Positions 39,813 to 54,080 of a stretch of 64,000 nucleotides of DNA are shown piece by piece; within the stretch, counting starts at the first letter, position 1; every line of letters begins with the position of its first letter. Origin of the DNA: Antedon mediterranea. Taxonomy: Eukaryota; Animalia; Echinodermata. A model generated the notes under the pieces. The model was not told where the DNA came from. It made no database searches and worked only from the letters and a program-made list of their open reading frames with translations. Both the position numbers and the translations under genes were made by a program. Location: the NCBI RefSeq assembly GCF_964355755.1, contig NC_092676.1:8471888-8535887 (forward strand). The letters run 5' to 3'.

Positions 39813-40050
39813 CTTCTCGAATAAGGACTATAAACCATAGGTCCAGTTTACACATCTGGCTCATGTGCACTTTAAAGAACCCAGTACATCTTTCGAGACA
39901 AGTAGGGATTAATACCCTGGTGTACTAGTACATCACAGCCACTTTCACACACAGACAGTTATCAAACTCATGATGAGGGCCCCTTGATTGGCAGAATACG
40001 CTGTTTAGGGTCACCCTCTATAAATTAGGTTGAATAACAAAATAAATAAA
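39813..40050 (+). mobile_element. 5'-truncated tRNA-SINE with Deu-like central domain
   Basis: CTTCTCGAATAAGGACTATAAACCATAGGTCC..CACTTTAAAGAACCCAGTACATCTTTCGAGAC shared with the 55.4 and 58.4 kb copies. Confidence 0.85.
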
Positions 40051-42562
40051 CAGTTAGACTCTAACAGTTAGAGAAAAGTACTTATCAACAAAACAAAAAT
40101 GGACCATGTAAGAAAAATGTTTTAAGTTTGGTAACTAAATAATTGTAATTGGGATTGTAATAATGCATTCACAGCAAATTAGTAATAGTAAAGGGGTATA
40201 TAGTGGCTTCATTTGTCAAAAAAATAAAATAGCATGATAGAACAAGTGTACTTAATATAAAATACAAATATATAATTACTAAAATCACCTTATAAAAATA
40301 CATAATGTGCATTTAATGAGAAAAATATGTAAATCTTCGTAATGTAAAGAAAAATGTATTATTAGCCTGTTGGTCCTCAGTTATAAATATATAGGTAAGC
40401 CCTCTATGCAACACATATCAATCCATCTTTATAACTGTTTAAGGAAAGATTTGGAGTGGGGAAGGGGGTTTGCAGGGGTAAGGTTATCGTAGAGTATTTA
40501 TATAAAATCTCAAGTTCACTTTAACCTTGGTTTGATATGATAGAGGTTCATCTCAAGATAGCTAGCTGATGGTAATGAACCTGTTTCTATTTGATAAACC
40601 AGATAAACTAATCTAGCAAAGGCCATCATCTTTGATTCCCATTAGATCAGATAAGAACATTGTTAGCCAATCAGAAATAAAGACATGAATATGTTTTTGG
40701 ATAACCTTTAACTAAGAAATAGGGGTTGTACAACTAGAATTTAGGAAACTGATTGGAAGTATACTGGCCATGAATTAATGCATAATATGAAAACATTAAT
40801 TCAGGCACTCTTTTCTTCCCTTGAATATTGTAAATTAAACATATAATAAGTAAGTAAATATAATAATATATATTTGGACAAGGATCTCAGGAAAGGATTT
40901 TCATGCATTTTAATTACCATATTCTGAATTTTGGTATTGTTTTCATGCAATGGTTATGTTACCTTTTTTATTTAACAATTTACATTATTTGCAGCTTTTA
41001 AAAAACATTAGTAGGTATAATCTCTTTTAAAAAAAAGTAAGTTTAATATCACAGTTAAGTACTGATTTTAACATTGGATCATCACACATCATACAGCAAA
41101 AACAAACGGTACAATTTGCTTAATTTCATATTCTTCGCCACATGTTTCAAAAGTGGAGGAGGCGATATTGGATTGTGTGTGGGATTGTTAGCTTACAAAT
41201 CAATGTATTGTATTAACAGTAATTACATTAATTTTTCAAACATGGTCATTGTAAATATGACCTTTTGTAACAAAATGTCAATTTTGTTGTTTTGATAATT
41301 AAAGGATTGGTTAAATAGACTAAATAATAGATATCATCTTTATTGATAATAGAATAAAAAATGTGTCAATAAAAAAATCTAATAAAACCTTTATTAAGGG
41401 GACAACTTTAGGACAAATTTCCCCCCTTAATAAAGGTCTTCTGAATAGCTTGAATGAATCATTTGACTATCCATAATAATTATAGCCAAACGACTACATT
41501 TTGGTGTTTTACAGTTCACAACAAAAAAATAAAAAATATCAAGGAAATTAAATATTAATATTTATTTTTGTTTGGATGAACTTTATTTTTTTTATTTATT
41601 CTTTGACCCAGCGATATTGTTTGTATAACTTTTTATCTTTAATGTTTTTTAAAATAATCATTTTATCCAATCACAATTAATTAGTTGCAATAAAATGATT
41701 TGAATTTTGAAATGTTTATTTTTATAGACATTAGTGTAAATTTAGAATACGTTTCAGTTCTTGAAAATGATCAGAATATATTTGAATTTCTAAGGAGATC
41801 GTTCATCTTTTATTTTGAATAACCCATTTCTTACTTCATATCTCCTAGTATGTAGAGGAAAAATATTATAAAAACAAAATAATTTTCCTTTTATAACAGT
41901 ATATAATTTGTATAACAATCCATACAGAACCCAAGATCGGTGCCACCCTATATTCGTGAAAACCGACATACATCTATCTAGCAATGTGCTATTCAAATAG
42001 CTATAATTCACTAACTGTCCATTGGACAACAGCAGTATTGATTATCTCTATTAGTCGCCTACTGAATTCCTTACAACCGTTAAGGATAATACAAGACATA
42101 TTGATTAGTGATATAATGATGGCGTATACTAAACAGTCCAAATACTAAATGCAAGCAACCACAACATTTTCCTGGTACTCGATGCTTGTTTGCATCTCAT
42201 TTTGAAAATCATACTTGTATAGGTCTAGTTATATTGATATAGCTGCTTATTAATATTATATTTTTATTTCAATGTAACAATTATTGTTGATAATTTCGAC
42301 TTATTTGATAAAAGGTCTGTTTATATATAATATCTTTAGTTCAATATAACAAATATTCTAGATAATTTGAACTGATTAGTAAAATAATATTAATGTCTAT
42401 AAGACAAAATATTGTAAAATACTAATCGATTTTATTTGTAAGAAAAATATTTTCAAATTAGTTTTATTTTTTTCTACTTGTTTGGATTTTTAGAATTTGG
42501 TTGGATGAAGTGATATTTACTGTAACATTGATATACCCTTTATGCTGACAATGAAACAGAAG

Positions 42563-42645
42563 AATATTATAGTACTGTATATTAATATTATAGTACTGTA
42601 TATTAATATATAGTACTGTATATTAATATATAGTACTGTATATTA
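42563..42645. repeat. 20-21 bp tandem repeat x4
   Basis: AATATTATAGTACTGTATATT. Confidence 0.9.
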
Positions 42646-43340
42646 TATGTATAAACAGTATTATCTTTATATACATAATTAATATTAATTTTGATATTGA
42701 CGTCATCAGTTATGTTAATTACATTTATATATTTAATTTTTACATATTATAAAGATACAACTAGTATATTGTATTGTATAATTACGTTACATTATGATGA
42801 ATGCCCTGCTCAGATAATGAATATGTGTGCAAATGAGGGCTTATTGATTATCTGTAATTATGATAGTACAAATATAGCTTCATTTACATAATTAATTGAA
42901 TTTCTAATTTGTGTGGTAAATGTTCACCCATATAGATTATTAAAGAACTACTACCAGCAAAATACATATAAAATAAATTGTAGTAATGATGTATCGGAAA
43001 CTAAAATGATGGAAACTTGAATACTTGAATTGCTTACTTTAAAAATTTCAACACTACTGATATCGCGATCTTTAAAAAAACCCACAATATTTTAATAGAT
43101 ATTTCATGGGCAGGTGAAGTATCCGTAAGATAAAACTACATATTATTTTCCAAAAAAAGGGTGGGGCTAAAAAAATTACTTTTGAATGATAATCCCACCC
43201 TGTTTCTATGAAATTAAACAATCACAAAAAATTAAGGGATTTTGGAAAAATAGATTTCTACTTGAATCATTTCATTTCAAATATGGAATATAAATAACAT
43301 TTTTATTAGGGCTGTAGCATACATGATTTGTTTTATTTAA

Positions 43341-43800
43341 AGATGTATTGTCCCTTTGACTAATTCCAAAAAAATAAAAAATAAAACATTTCGAAAAAAG
43401 TGGGTTATTTTGAAGTATCATAATAGTTATTAACTTTCACCAAAAATTAGTCGAAAAAAAGATGTTTTTTTGTTCAAAAAATAACTTTCGATCAAAACAT
43501 ATCTCATAATGCAACGCGCTTGTTTGGCTACTCTGTATGCATATTCATAAAACTTCCTCGCGATCTGTGTGAAAACACCTTCTCAACCGTGCAAGTTGTA
43601 AACAATCCTAATTAGCATCATGCATAATGCATACTCATGGTTTGAAATCTTTGTTTACTTTCGCTCGCGACGATTTTCTAGACGAAATGTAATCAAATTA
43701 ATTTACCTTTTAATTACGTAAACTTGTTGGGTTTGGCTTCGAATTTTCGACTTAAAGTGAATAACTTTAATATTACTTTGATATGGCCGATTTCAATTTA
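43341..43800. mobile_element. Family B-related longer element (right end approximate)
   Basis: TTAA|AGATGTATTGTCCC terminus; AAAGTGAATAACT motif shared with family B. Confidence 0.5.
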
Positions 43801-44172
43801 GAATATTTTGACCTTCATTTTTTTGTGTTAATTAATCATTTAATTATTAATTTTGTAATTTCCAAACACAATTACACTAATATTGCAGTTGCAGTTTTTT
43901 CCTCTGTTTGTTTCACATAGAACTGTCAAATTAATGGGTGTCCCCTGAACAGGGACATCCCTATGGATGGTATTGTGTGCGTTAATGTTTGTGTTGTGTG
44001 TGTATGTATTGTGCCATTCATCATTGTCACTTCAAGGTCATTATATTGTTGTTATCTAGTCAATCAATATAATTAATACACTAAGTATGTTGTAAATACA
44101 AACAACAATTAATAGCTTAGACATGCAAAGCATCAAGTGTCAGTCTGAAATATCAAAGTAAATACTTGAAAC

Positions 44173-44217
44173 CATAGAGATATTATAGTAGATATTATTC
44201 ACTATAATATCTGTACG
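44173..44217. mobile_element. 45-bp copy of the same micro-element, 7-bp TSD TTGAAAC
   Basis: CATAGAGATATTATAGT...ACTATAATATCTGTACG flanked by TTGAAAC. Confidence 0.8.
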
Positions 44218-44398
44218 TTGAAACATTGTAATGCAAATAAGAATAATTAAAACCATTTATAGTTACTCGGTTACTTTAATACACTTCATCAAGACTGGTG
44301 GTAGTAGTCATGGTGATGTTGTTTCTCTTGCACACCATTCCTTCCTTACTCACCACTCTTAGATCTCCCAAAACTTGCGACATCTGTCAGCTGCCTCC

Positions 44399-44518
44399 CA
44401 GATCTCAATACCGCCTCCCAGATCTCAATACCGCTTCCAGGATCTCAATACCGCCTCCCAGATCTCAATACCGCCTTTCAGAACTTAATACCGCCTAACA
44501 GATCTCAATACCGCTTCC
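44399..44518. repeat. 20-bp tandem repeat x6
   Basis: CAGATCTCAATACCGCCTCC. Confidence 0.9.
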
Positions 44519-45784
44519 CATACTCCTGTGAATAAAAATGTCGGGGAAGCAAACAAGTATACCGCAAATTAAATACGCATTTTAAAGAATTCTATTGAAA
44601 ACTCCACGCGACTTTAAGCTTTAAAAAATGAACTACCATTTTCTGCAAATCATGCTTTAAAAAAATATTGTTCTAATTTGTATCTGGGAACATTTCCATT
44701 AAGAAATTTTGATTAACTGGTGATCCTGCTAAATGTGGAAAACATAGCTTTTTACTGTAATTTGCTACACTAACAAAAGGGGCGTGTGCTTTCTTTTGAC
44801 AGCTAAAATGAAATTATGAACTATATGAAATTGTTAATAATATTAAATATTATCAGTCTCCTATTTAAAAAAACCTACCCGTGAACAAGGTAGTTTTGTG
44901 TACCATTCGGTACTGATGCTACACTGGCAAAAATGTAACAATTAACATTAGGATATTATATGGTTAGATAAATAATAAAAATTGAACATTTTATTTATTA
45001 TATTATAAACTGTTAGAAAGAAGATATAAAACAAAATGTAATAAAAATTAAGCTGCTAGATGTATTGCTTAATTACTCCATGATTACTCACTGTCTGTTT
45101 ATCTTAGTCAATTTGATTGGTCAATTTACAAACTAAAAGTTAATTGATTCAATTAAATAATAATTTATGTTTGGCACTAAATAATTACTACAATAACAAT
45201 GGGCCTGAATCTGGACATGTCATCTAAGTTTAATTATCTTGGTGTAAATGATTTATTAATCAAACAAAACACTTTAGTAAGAATAAAACAATGAATTGAA
45301 GGTTAGTGTACTCTGTTAATAATAACAAATATATTAGTTAACATTACTATTGAATTCAAACTATTGATAGATACCTTTTGCTGATAAATTCTTGGAATCA
45401 TAGATTATTTTTCCTAGATGGCATCTCTTTCAAAATTCGTCTTCTTAAATGGAATCTCTTTCAGTGACATATATTCCAAGATTTTCCTGATGTGGTCATT
45501 GGCATAAGTGTGATGATTATTTCAAGATATGTCTATATTTGAATATACATATCTGTTCAGTTCTTCTACAATGGCGGTGTCCTCATTAGAATGGTAGCTT
45601 TTCAATATATTTTTGTAATGACTTTTCAATGTATTCTACATTCTCTTTTTCAAAGGTAATAATTTTCTCGCAAAATTTAGATTTAGCTGAGATACCAGTA
45701 TGCAATCTTCTAACTGTACTACCTTTTGATTTTATGATTTCTACTCATGACATCTCTTGACAAGATGGGTTTCAAACTTTATAA

Positions 45785-46095
45785 TGCCGCTTCTGGTGAT
45801 GCTCTCAAGACAACTGAACTCTTCCATGGTGATCTGGTTTTCAATTTTTGTTTAAACTGCTTCTGGTGATGTTTTTAAGACAACTGAATTCTGGTGATCT
45901 GGTTTTCAATTTTATAATGTCGCTTCTGATGACATTCTCAAGACAACTGAACTTTTCTATGGTGATCTGGTTTTCAATTTTTGTTTAAACTGCTTCTGGT
46001 GATGTTTTTAAGACAACTGAAATCTTCCATGGTGATCTGGTTTTACATTTCATAATGATGCTTCTGGTTCTCAAGACAACTGAATTCTGGTGCCA
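45785..46095. repeat. Degenerate ~60-70 bp tandem repeat x5
   Basis: GCTTCTGGTGATG..AAGACAACTGAA..GGTGATCTGGTTTTCAATTT. Confidence 0.8.
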
Positions 46096-46288
46096 GTGAT
46101 TTCTGGTTTATGATGCCTGATTTCTGCTTTGATGACATTTTGTTGACATGGATTTAGTGATGATCTGCTTTCCAATATGGTTCTGGTGACATTCTCTTTA
46201 CAGAACCATTTTTTCCTGAAAACAAAAAATAAGTTACATTAAAAACAAAGATTACAAAAATCAAGATATTCTTATTGAAAGGACAATA

Positions 46289-46570
46289 CAGTAGAGGATC
46301 CTTTTTGGGACTTCTCTTGAGGGGACATCCTGATGGACAGGACACCACTATTGAGGCGACACCCTTGTTAAAGGGACACCTCTATTAAGGGGTTCCTTTC
46401 CCACGAAATGGAACACATTATATGTTTTAATTAAGACCAACCCCTATTCAAAGAACACCTCAAAGGACACTTTTCTATGGAACAAAAGCCAATATATGTT
46501 TTAACACTATGACCAATTTTTATTCAAGGGGCACTCCTCTTGAAAGGTCCCTTTAATAATGGATTGTAGG
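46289..46570. mobile_element. TA|CAGTAG..GGGGACACC-type MITE (family C); other degenerate copies near 11075-11220, 41385-41445, 54686-54915, 55258-55740
   Basis: Recurrent TATTAAGGGGACACC / GTGTCCCC motifs and CAGTA termini. Confidence 0.55.
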
Positions 46571-49500
46571 CCTATTGTTAGCATAATAAAAAAATTAAAA
46601 GGCACACAATCGTACAAATAGAAACCCATCATATTTCTGTCACTTAAAAGTATGTGGAGAGACACCATTAAATAAAATTCAGGAAACCCAAATTATGTTC
46701 ACACCCTTCAGCCCATACAAATCCCCCACCCACCTCTGTCAGTTTTATTACACGTCAGTGCTGAAAAAATATACTAGTGATATCTATGATATCAGTTTCT
46801 ACATATCAACACAACTTAATAATTCAAGTTGATAGTATATAATATAATAACATGGCCAACATAGTCTTGATGCAATGTACTGTGCATTCATGTTAATGAA
46901 TACCACACTCTCATACCAAATTGTCGATATAAATCATTAAAATGACATTTAATTCACCAATGCAGCTAACGAATTGAAGAGTTTTCACAGAAGCATGAAG
47001 CGTATGCGAACTAAAGGGTGTGATTTCCAGACAGGTATACGAGACATAGGCTAGAAATAATAATACCTGATCATACAGGAACACATCCGGCGTGTTACTT
47101 AACCCAAATACATTATTACAACATTTCTTCATTTGGATATGTGTTAACCTTTAGTAAATATTTTATAATTTTATTTATAGAACATCTCATAAAAATAATG
47201 TTTAGCATATTTAATATGGACGACTCAAGTCCAAACTACAGTATATAAAAATTGAAAGAGCTTATTATACAGTTGACTCTTCCCTTAAACAGACTCTTTA
47301 AAAACTGGAAACTCTCTAACAAACAGACTTTTCTTGAAGTCTCAGATTGTTTTTAACATTAAAAACACATTTGTAATACTAGGATTTTTTGAAAGACAGA
47401 TTAGGCCAGGCCAAGGGTGTCCGAATTTGAGGAGTACCTTTATAATGTTCATTATATAGGTGTGCTTTGCATTTAGTGTATAGTTTGAAATAGCATTGAA
47501 AGTAATTCCCCTACGCTAACATTCATGTGTAATTTTTTGTATTATCTACAGATTGAAGTGAAATAAATAAGTATTATTTCTATTCATAATTAAATACTGT
47601 TCATACATAAACTTATTAACTAAAATTACATGATGTACAGAAAGATAATGTAAACTGTCTAGCCACAAAGGAAATGTTAATTGTGTTCTCAACTATCATG
47701 TCAGCTTGGAAAATTTTTGCTTGATTTCCAAATATCATATATCACATAAAAGATACAAAAACCTCATAACAATCTGAATATACTATATAAGAAATATGAA
47801 CAATTAAGTTCGGCAAGAGTTGCCCTTTAATTTGATACTTCAGTTGACAGAAGATGATATGACGATTGCAATTTGAATGCGTCTTGGTGCGATTACTTGG
47901 ACAACTGCTAACAAGATTCTCGACACGTAAATATTGACTACAAAACTAGTAATACTATCATACACTCCAACTGAGAGTTATTGATGTTAAATAACGTAAG
48001 CAATCAATGACGTCATAGAGCGTCCACCCAATGTGCCAACAAATGTATCGTCGAGGGATGATTGAAGCGCAAAAAATCAATGACATAAAACGTCGGCGGC
48101 AGCCTCTTGGCTCTTAGCTGTTACTCTCAACTCGGGAGGCCAGCTGTGAGCTATACCACGATAAACTTATGTTACACTGTCCTCATGCCTAGTAGGTTAA
48201 GAACAGGTGAAGCAATCAGATAGATCAGTTCAAATTTCACGTCCCATGGTGAATCTTACTGATAGACTTACCCTGGGGATAAGCAATGTTTAACAGCCAG
48301 TCACTTGTCTTTTTTTTTTATTCTTTAGGCCCGTACTGTTAATCAATAAATAGAATGAAAGCAACAACAAGCATGTTTCGAGGGTTGTATTATTAGTATT
48401 CAGAGTTAGATAAAATGACAACATGCGGTCGGCTATCTAAACAAGCGCCGTAGCACACAGTTATCATTAAGACGTACCGCTACCATAGTAGGACTTGTAC
48501 TTAATTTCTAATAACTACACAGATAGCGCAGGTTTTGTTGTTGTATCAAGTGTTCAACAACTCTACGTTACTCCAGAGAGTTGAAATCAAACCTATATCT
48601 ATGCATATTTATAGGTAATTATATATAAACTATAAATATATATGATTATTTATCTATAATTATCAAATTAATTATGCATTAATTAATGTGTAACTTTTTT
48701 TATTGTTTGATTTTGGTATTCTTTCATAAAGTACAAAATAATTATAGAAAGAAAAATGATATCGAGTGGACATGCAAGAGGCCAACTTATTGCCAAAAGG
48801 GTGCAAAATTATTTAAAATTTTAAATGAATGTTCTTGATTCTCAGTGCTGTGCATCTCCACTAACGAGAATGTGTATCACATTGCCGGTATCATGACAGA
48901 TAATAGTTGATACATGTGATAACGTATTATGCAATTTTATTTGATACTGGGAAAATCTAGATAGAGTAGTGCGTGTACAAAATGCTGTTCCATTATTCTT
49001 GGTTCATGTTCATGCAATATTTCAAACTCTGACCTCATGGACATAGAGAGATGGTACGGTATACACAATGGTTCAATCTATATGTAGTTGGACTTGAGAG
49101 ATTGGGATGGATAAATAAGTGTGATGATTTAAGAATGTTCGTACCCCAAAGGCATCCAACCAATGTGTAAACAACAAGAGCCATACTGTGTTAACAAGGG
49201 GCTGCAAGGTTAAGGCTTGAAGGCAGTGGGGTTTTTGAATCATGTGTAATTGATACTACTGTAGCATGGACAAAATATATTCTGTATGTAACCATGGAGG
49301 TAAAACCCATGATCTAACCAAGTATAATCCCATGACTTAAGTATAACCCCACCCCTAATTTAGGCTAAATTGGACTCAAAACTCCAAATGTTAATGCAAT
49401 CTATGTAAAAATTTCGTACCAGGCCCTGTAATATATGAAAATATAGGCCTACTCTTGTTATGCACACCGAATTAAAATTCCCATTAATTTGAGAAGCTCG

Positions 49501-49834
49501 TCATTCATTTTGTTTAATACCTCAACATAAATAGCCACTTTGGCTCGCACAATCATCGCATGCCGCTAAGATTTTATTAATAAACATTTATAACATGCTT
49601 GTTTTTAGTATTATTTTATTATTCTCGTACGTGCAACTTGACTATAATTTTTATCTTGCCTTAATCAAATTATTTAATCAAATTTAGAGTAGGAAACAGT
49701 TAAAATAATACTGGATGTACTTGTTTCATTCAAGTTTTCATTCTTTAAGTGCTAAATGTAGAAAATGAATTTTGTCTGTAACTTTCAAAAAATCATTAAG
49801 ATTATAATAAATAATGAATTAAATCACATATTAA

Positions 49835-50119
49835 AGGTATATTGTCCCCCTGAACATTTTGTTGTTGAATATATGCCATTTTAATGTCACAAAATAGTGT
49901 TCACTTTGACCAAAAATTGGATCGAAAAAATTTAAAGCAAAAAATAGTCCAATTGGCTGGGTGTTTGGTTGAATAATGTTTTCACTCTTTTATAGGTGAA
50001 AAGATTATTTTTTTCATGATTTTGCTATGGAAGTGATTAACTATGTTAAAAGTACAAAATAGCATATTCAAATCTGATTTTATTAATCATTTTTTACGTT
50101 TTTGGTGGACAATACATAT
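49835..50119. mobile_element. MITE family B copy with TTAA on both sides
   Basis: TTAA|AGGTATATTGTCC...GGACAATACATAT|TTAA. Confidence 0.85.
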
Positions 50120-51807
50120 TTAACATAATATATTACTAGTCCTGATTACGGCATAGTGTTTTACAAAATATTTGGTATTTCTTTCTGGCTGTAGTCACTA
50201 GTTATTTAATTTTTATCCCCATTCAGATCTAGCCACTGGTACCACAGCATTGTCATATTTTCAGTAATTTGCCCTTGGTTATATATTTACATAATATAGA
50301 TATTATCTACAAACATATTTATATAAAATATTCATTTTTACATCTGTATTTTTACTTCATATTTATTGTATGGGAAGCTCATTTAGTGACATGCTAGTAA
50401 AACACTTCTTGCTGTGGATCATTAACATGTATATATAGAAAGATCATTGTGGCATTTATATGAGTGTAATGAACCATATAGATGACAAGCAAGAGATATC
50501 GTATAATTCCGAAAATGGCGGACGAATATTATTATATATTAATGTTATTTGTCATGTGTATATTCAGTATACTGTTTTGATATATAAATTGATGTAATAA
50601 CAGTTATTATTTTAGACCATCTAGATAGAGTATTATTTCTGATGTATATTAAGTTTATTTTTGTACATATACATTATATTTATAATCATGGGTAGCAAGA
50701 AACTATAAATAGCCTCATATAAATAATATAATTATATATAATATATTGTTAATTTGTAAATAAATAAAATTGTTATTGTTACAGATACAAAATACAGCAT
50801 AGTATTATCATATTATAGAGTAGGCCTACTGGTACTATTATTTGACTATTAATTATATATTATAAAAAAAAATCTGCTTTATGCAACAAATGGCAAAAAT
50901 TTGAAGGTGGTCTATCCAAAATATGACTTACATATTTAATTTATTAATTGATTTAATCTCTAACATTTCGTCAATCATGATTTAATAATGAACAATATGA
51001 ATAGTAATTTATTTTTTAAACTGATATTTAAATCACTTCACAATTTTATACTCTGTCCGTCCCTCAGTTTTCAATGACATTATATCACTTATATTCCAAG
51101 GTGCAGATTTAGGCTGCGAATAAACTGCACTTCACACTCTCCTCACCTCACACCCTAAAATTTAACAGCCATGTCATTTTTTTCTGCAACTCGGCAGATT
51201 TTTATCAGTTAGTGAAGAATATTACAAACACGTGATAAACCACATGAATAATACGAATGTTGGGTGATTAACATGGAGTAGCAGTCTCAACGTTTGGATA
51301 CAACGTATCGTATCAAATGTATTTTACTTTATTTGAGTATTAAAATTATTTCATTTCGAAATATATATTTAGCCTCCGCTAATCAAACGTAATACTGATT
51401 CTGCTTCTGATTCAACAGTCATACAAAATACTATGCAACAAGTTTTACCATGGTCCTATTAGGGTCTGTTTCTGCTTCGGAAAATTTACCTAATACAAGT
51501 AAAAGGATCCAGTGTTTTCAAAACGGTGGAGCGCTAACATATAATAGTAATCGTCTGTCAAAAGTATGTACAGTATAGTTCATAATTTCAGCATATTATC
51601 AAGCACAATATTGCCATGAGCAAGCAATAGGCATAAGCCTGAACAGACTTAACTGCTCTTGCTCCCAAAAAATGAGATGCCGCAAAGTATAGGAAGCAAT
51701 GCATTAACATTATGTATTGAACACCATCGTCAAGAGGACTGCTAACCTGATCTCCTCGCACACAAAATTTCACAAACCCAAGAATATTCAGAACCATAGT
51801 AGGTTCT

Positions 51808-51856
51808 CCGGATTTGAACCAGGAACCTTTAGATCTTCAGTCTATCGCTCTCCCAA
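51808..51856 (-). pseudogene. tRNA-Phe(GAA)-derived fragment lacking acceptor stem
   Basis: TTGGGAGAGCGATAGACTGAAGATCTAAAGGTTCCTGGTTCAAATCCGG matches the D-loop to T-arm of eukaryotic tRNA-Phe. Confidence 0.75.
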
Positions 51857-53289
51857 AAGGGAAGAGTACGCACATTACTTGTTGACATAGGTTTTGAAGT
51901 ATATTTCCCCAATAATACTTGATTTGATACATTGATCATAGAGGAAGCAAAGACGGCTTAGGTAAAGTAGTCGATTATAATGTTATGTAATATTGTGTAG
52001 AGAATATAATAGGCTACTTAACATTTGCAGTCATGTTAAGAGCCCCTTCAAATATAAGCTTCTGGCTCTGAAATGTGAAGAAGGTTACTTCTTAATATTA
52101 TAGTTATGCAAATAACTTCTCAGACACTTTTAGGGATATTTCTTCAAATATATCTGTGTTGATACACACTAGAGTTAAGCATGCACAGAACGTTGATTTT
52201 AATGTGACAGCCGACGTAAAAATTTGTGTTTAATATTATAAAGATAACTAGTGTACCTCAGGTGATGTAACTAATTTGATTAGTGATCGACAAGTGATAG
52301 AAATAACTTCTCATAACTTAAATTTGTTTGCTTAAAGTCAATATTGTTTAATAAGAAGTACTTAGGTGAAAAAAGGAGGCTTTATCAGAACAGTAATTTG
52401 TATTTATTCATTCATTTTACTCATTTTACTTTCGGAAACGGACATCCATAGTTACAAAATCAATTGCATAAATAAGTTTAAACAAAAAAGGCAGACAAAA
52501 AAACACCAGTATCAGATCATCTCAGGATCTCCATATTGTATGGCATGAATTCATTTAAGATTTTACGAAAAACATATAAATATAATAGCTTAAAAATTTG
52601 AAAAGACTAAAGCAAAATAAATTATAAAATATGTTATTATTTTTCTCTAACCATTGGTATTCTCCTAGCAGTTCTGAGTAAAACAAATTTTATTTCAATT
52701 AATGTGTAAATATGTATTTCTAAAATTAGAATTATTCTCAAAATTAGACAACAATATAATTTGAAATCTATTAATAATACCAAAAATAAATGTTTTAATT
52801 TGCAGCTTGTTTCATCAGGATTTTGAAATTAGTAGTTTGGCATTACAAAAGAAAACTGTATTTGTATTCTACTTGTCTTAAGATCAACTAATTAAAATAG
52901 AATTCAAGCAACTTATTGATTTAACCATGCTTCATTAGCTTTCTATGTCAAGATAACATAAAGAGCGAAGAGAGAGATGACGAACATTAATATCTTAACG
53001 AAAATACACCATACACAGGGGCTGGGAAACAAAGTGAAAAGTAAGTAAAAATTATGCATTATAAATTATTGACAGAAGTGACCTTCATTGTCTCTTTTTA
53101 AGACAATTACGCCATTTATTTTGTTTGTTTATAATAATAAATAAATAAAACAGCAGGGAAACTCAATCATTTTCCCACTTTGAATTCCTTCATGAAACAA
53201 TTTTTTGTTAAAGTGATGTACTTGATACCGTATTGTGAATATTTGTAATTTACACTTTATTATTTGCAAACAAACACATTTTTCACCAC

Positions 53290-54080
53290 CTCTTTCATGT
53301 TCTCATCTCTTTTTTATTTCTACCTTTTTCTCTTTATCAATTGTTCCTCTCTTTCACATTCTCATCTCTTTCTTATTACCATCTCTTTCACATTCCCATC
53401 TCTGTCACATTCCCATCTCTTTCTTATTACCATCTGTTTCACATTCCCATCTCTTTCACCTTCCCATCTTTTTCACATTCCCATCTCTTTCATATTCTCA
53501 TCTCTTTCACATTCCCATCTCTTTCACGTACCATCTCTTTCACATTCCCATCTCTTCCACATTCCCATCTCTTTCATATTCTCATCTCTTTCACATTCCC
53601 ATCTCTTCCACGTTTCCATCTCTTTTTGTTCCTACCTATTTCTCTCTTTCATATTCCCATCTCTTTCATGTTCCCATCTCTTTTACATTCCCATCTCTTT
53701 CACATCCAATCTCTTTCATATTCCCATCTCTTTCATGTTTCCATCTCTTTTTGTTCCTACCCCTTTCTTTTTTTTTTCTCATTGCCATATCTTTCATGTT
53801 CCCATCTCTTTCACATTCCCATCTCTTTCAAATACCATCTCTTTCATATTCCCATCTCTTCTACGATCCCATCTCTTTTTGTTCCTACGTCTTTCTCTTT
53901 ATCTTTTTCTCATTGCCATATCTTTCATGTTCCTATCTCTTTCATGTTCCTATCTCTTTCACGTTCCTATCTCTTTCATATTCCCATCTCTTTCACATTC
54001 CAATCCCATTTTTGTTCCTACCTCTTACTCTTTTTCTCTTTCCTCTCTTTCTCACTGCCAAATCTTTTTCACGTTCCTAT
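53290..54080. repeat. Pyrimidine-rich ~17-bp minisatellite (ATTCCCATCTCTTTCAC)
   Basis: Dozens of imperfect units; explains stop-free ORFs in all three + frames. Confidence 0.95.

Noticed and set aside
51808-51856. Functional tRNA-Phe gene
   Set aside because: Acceptor stem and 5' part of the D arm are missing
18608-52548. Numerous 60-97 aa ORFs in the ORF track
   Set aside because: Low-complexity F/I/L/Y-rich translations expected by chance in AT-rich DNA, with no domain or consistent exon chain
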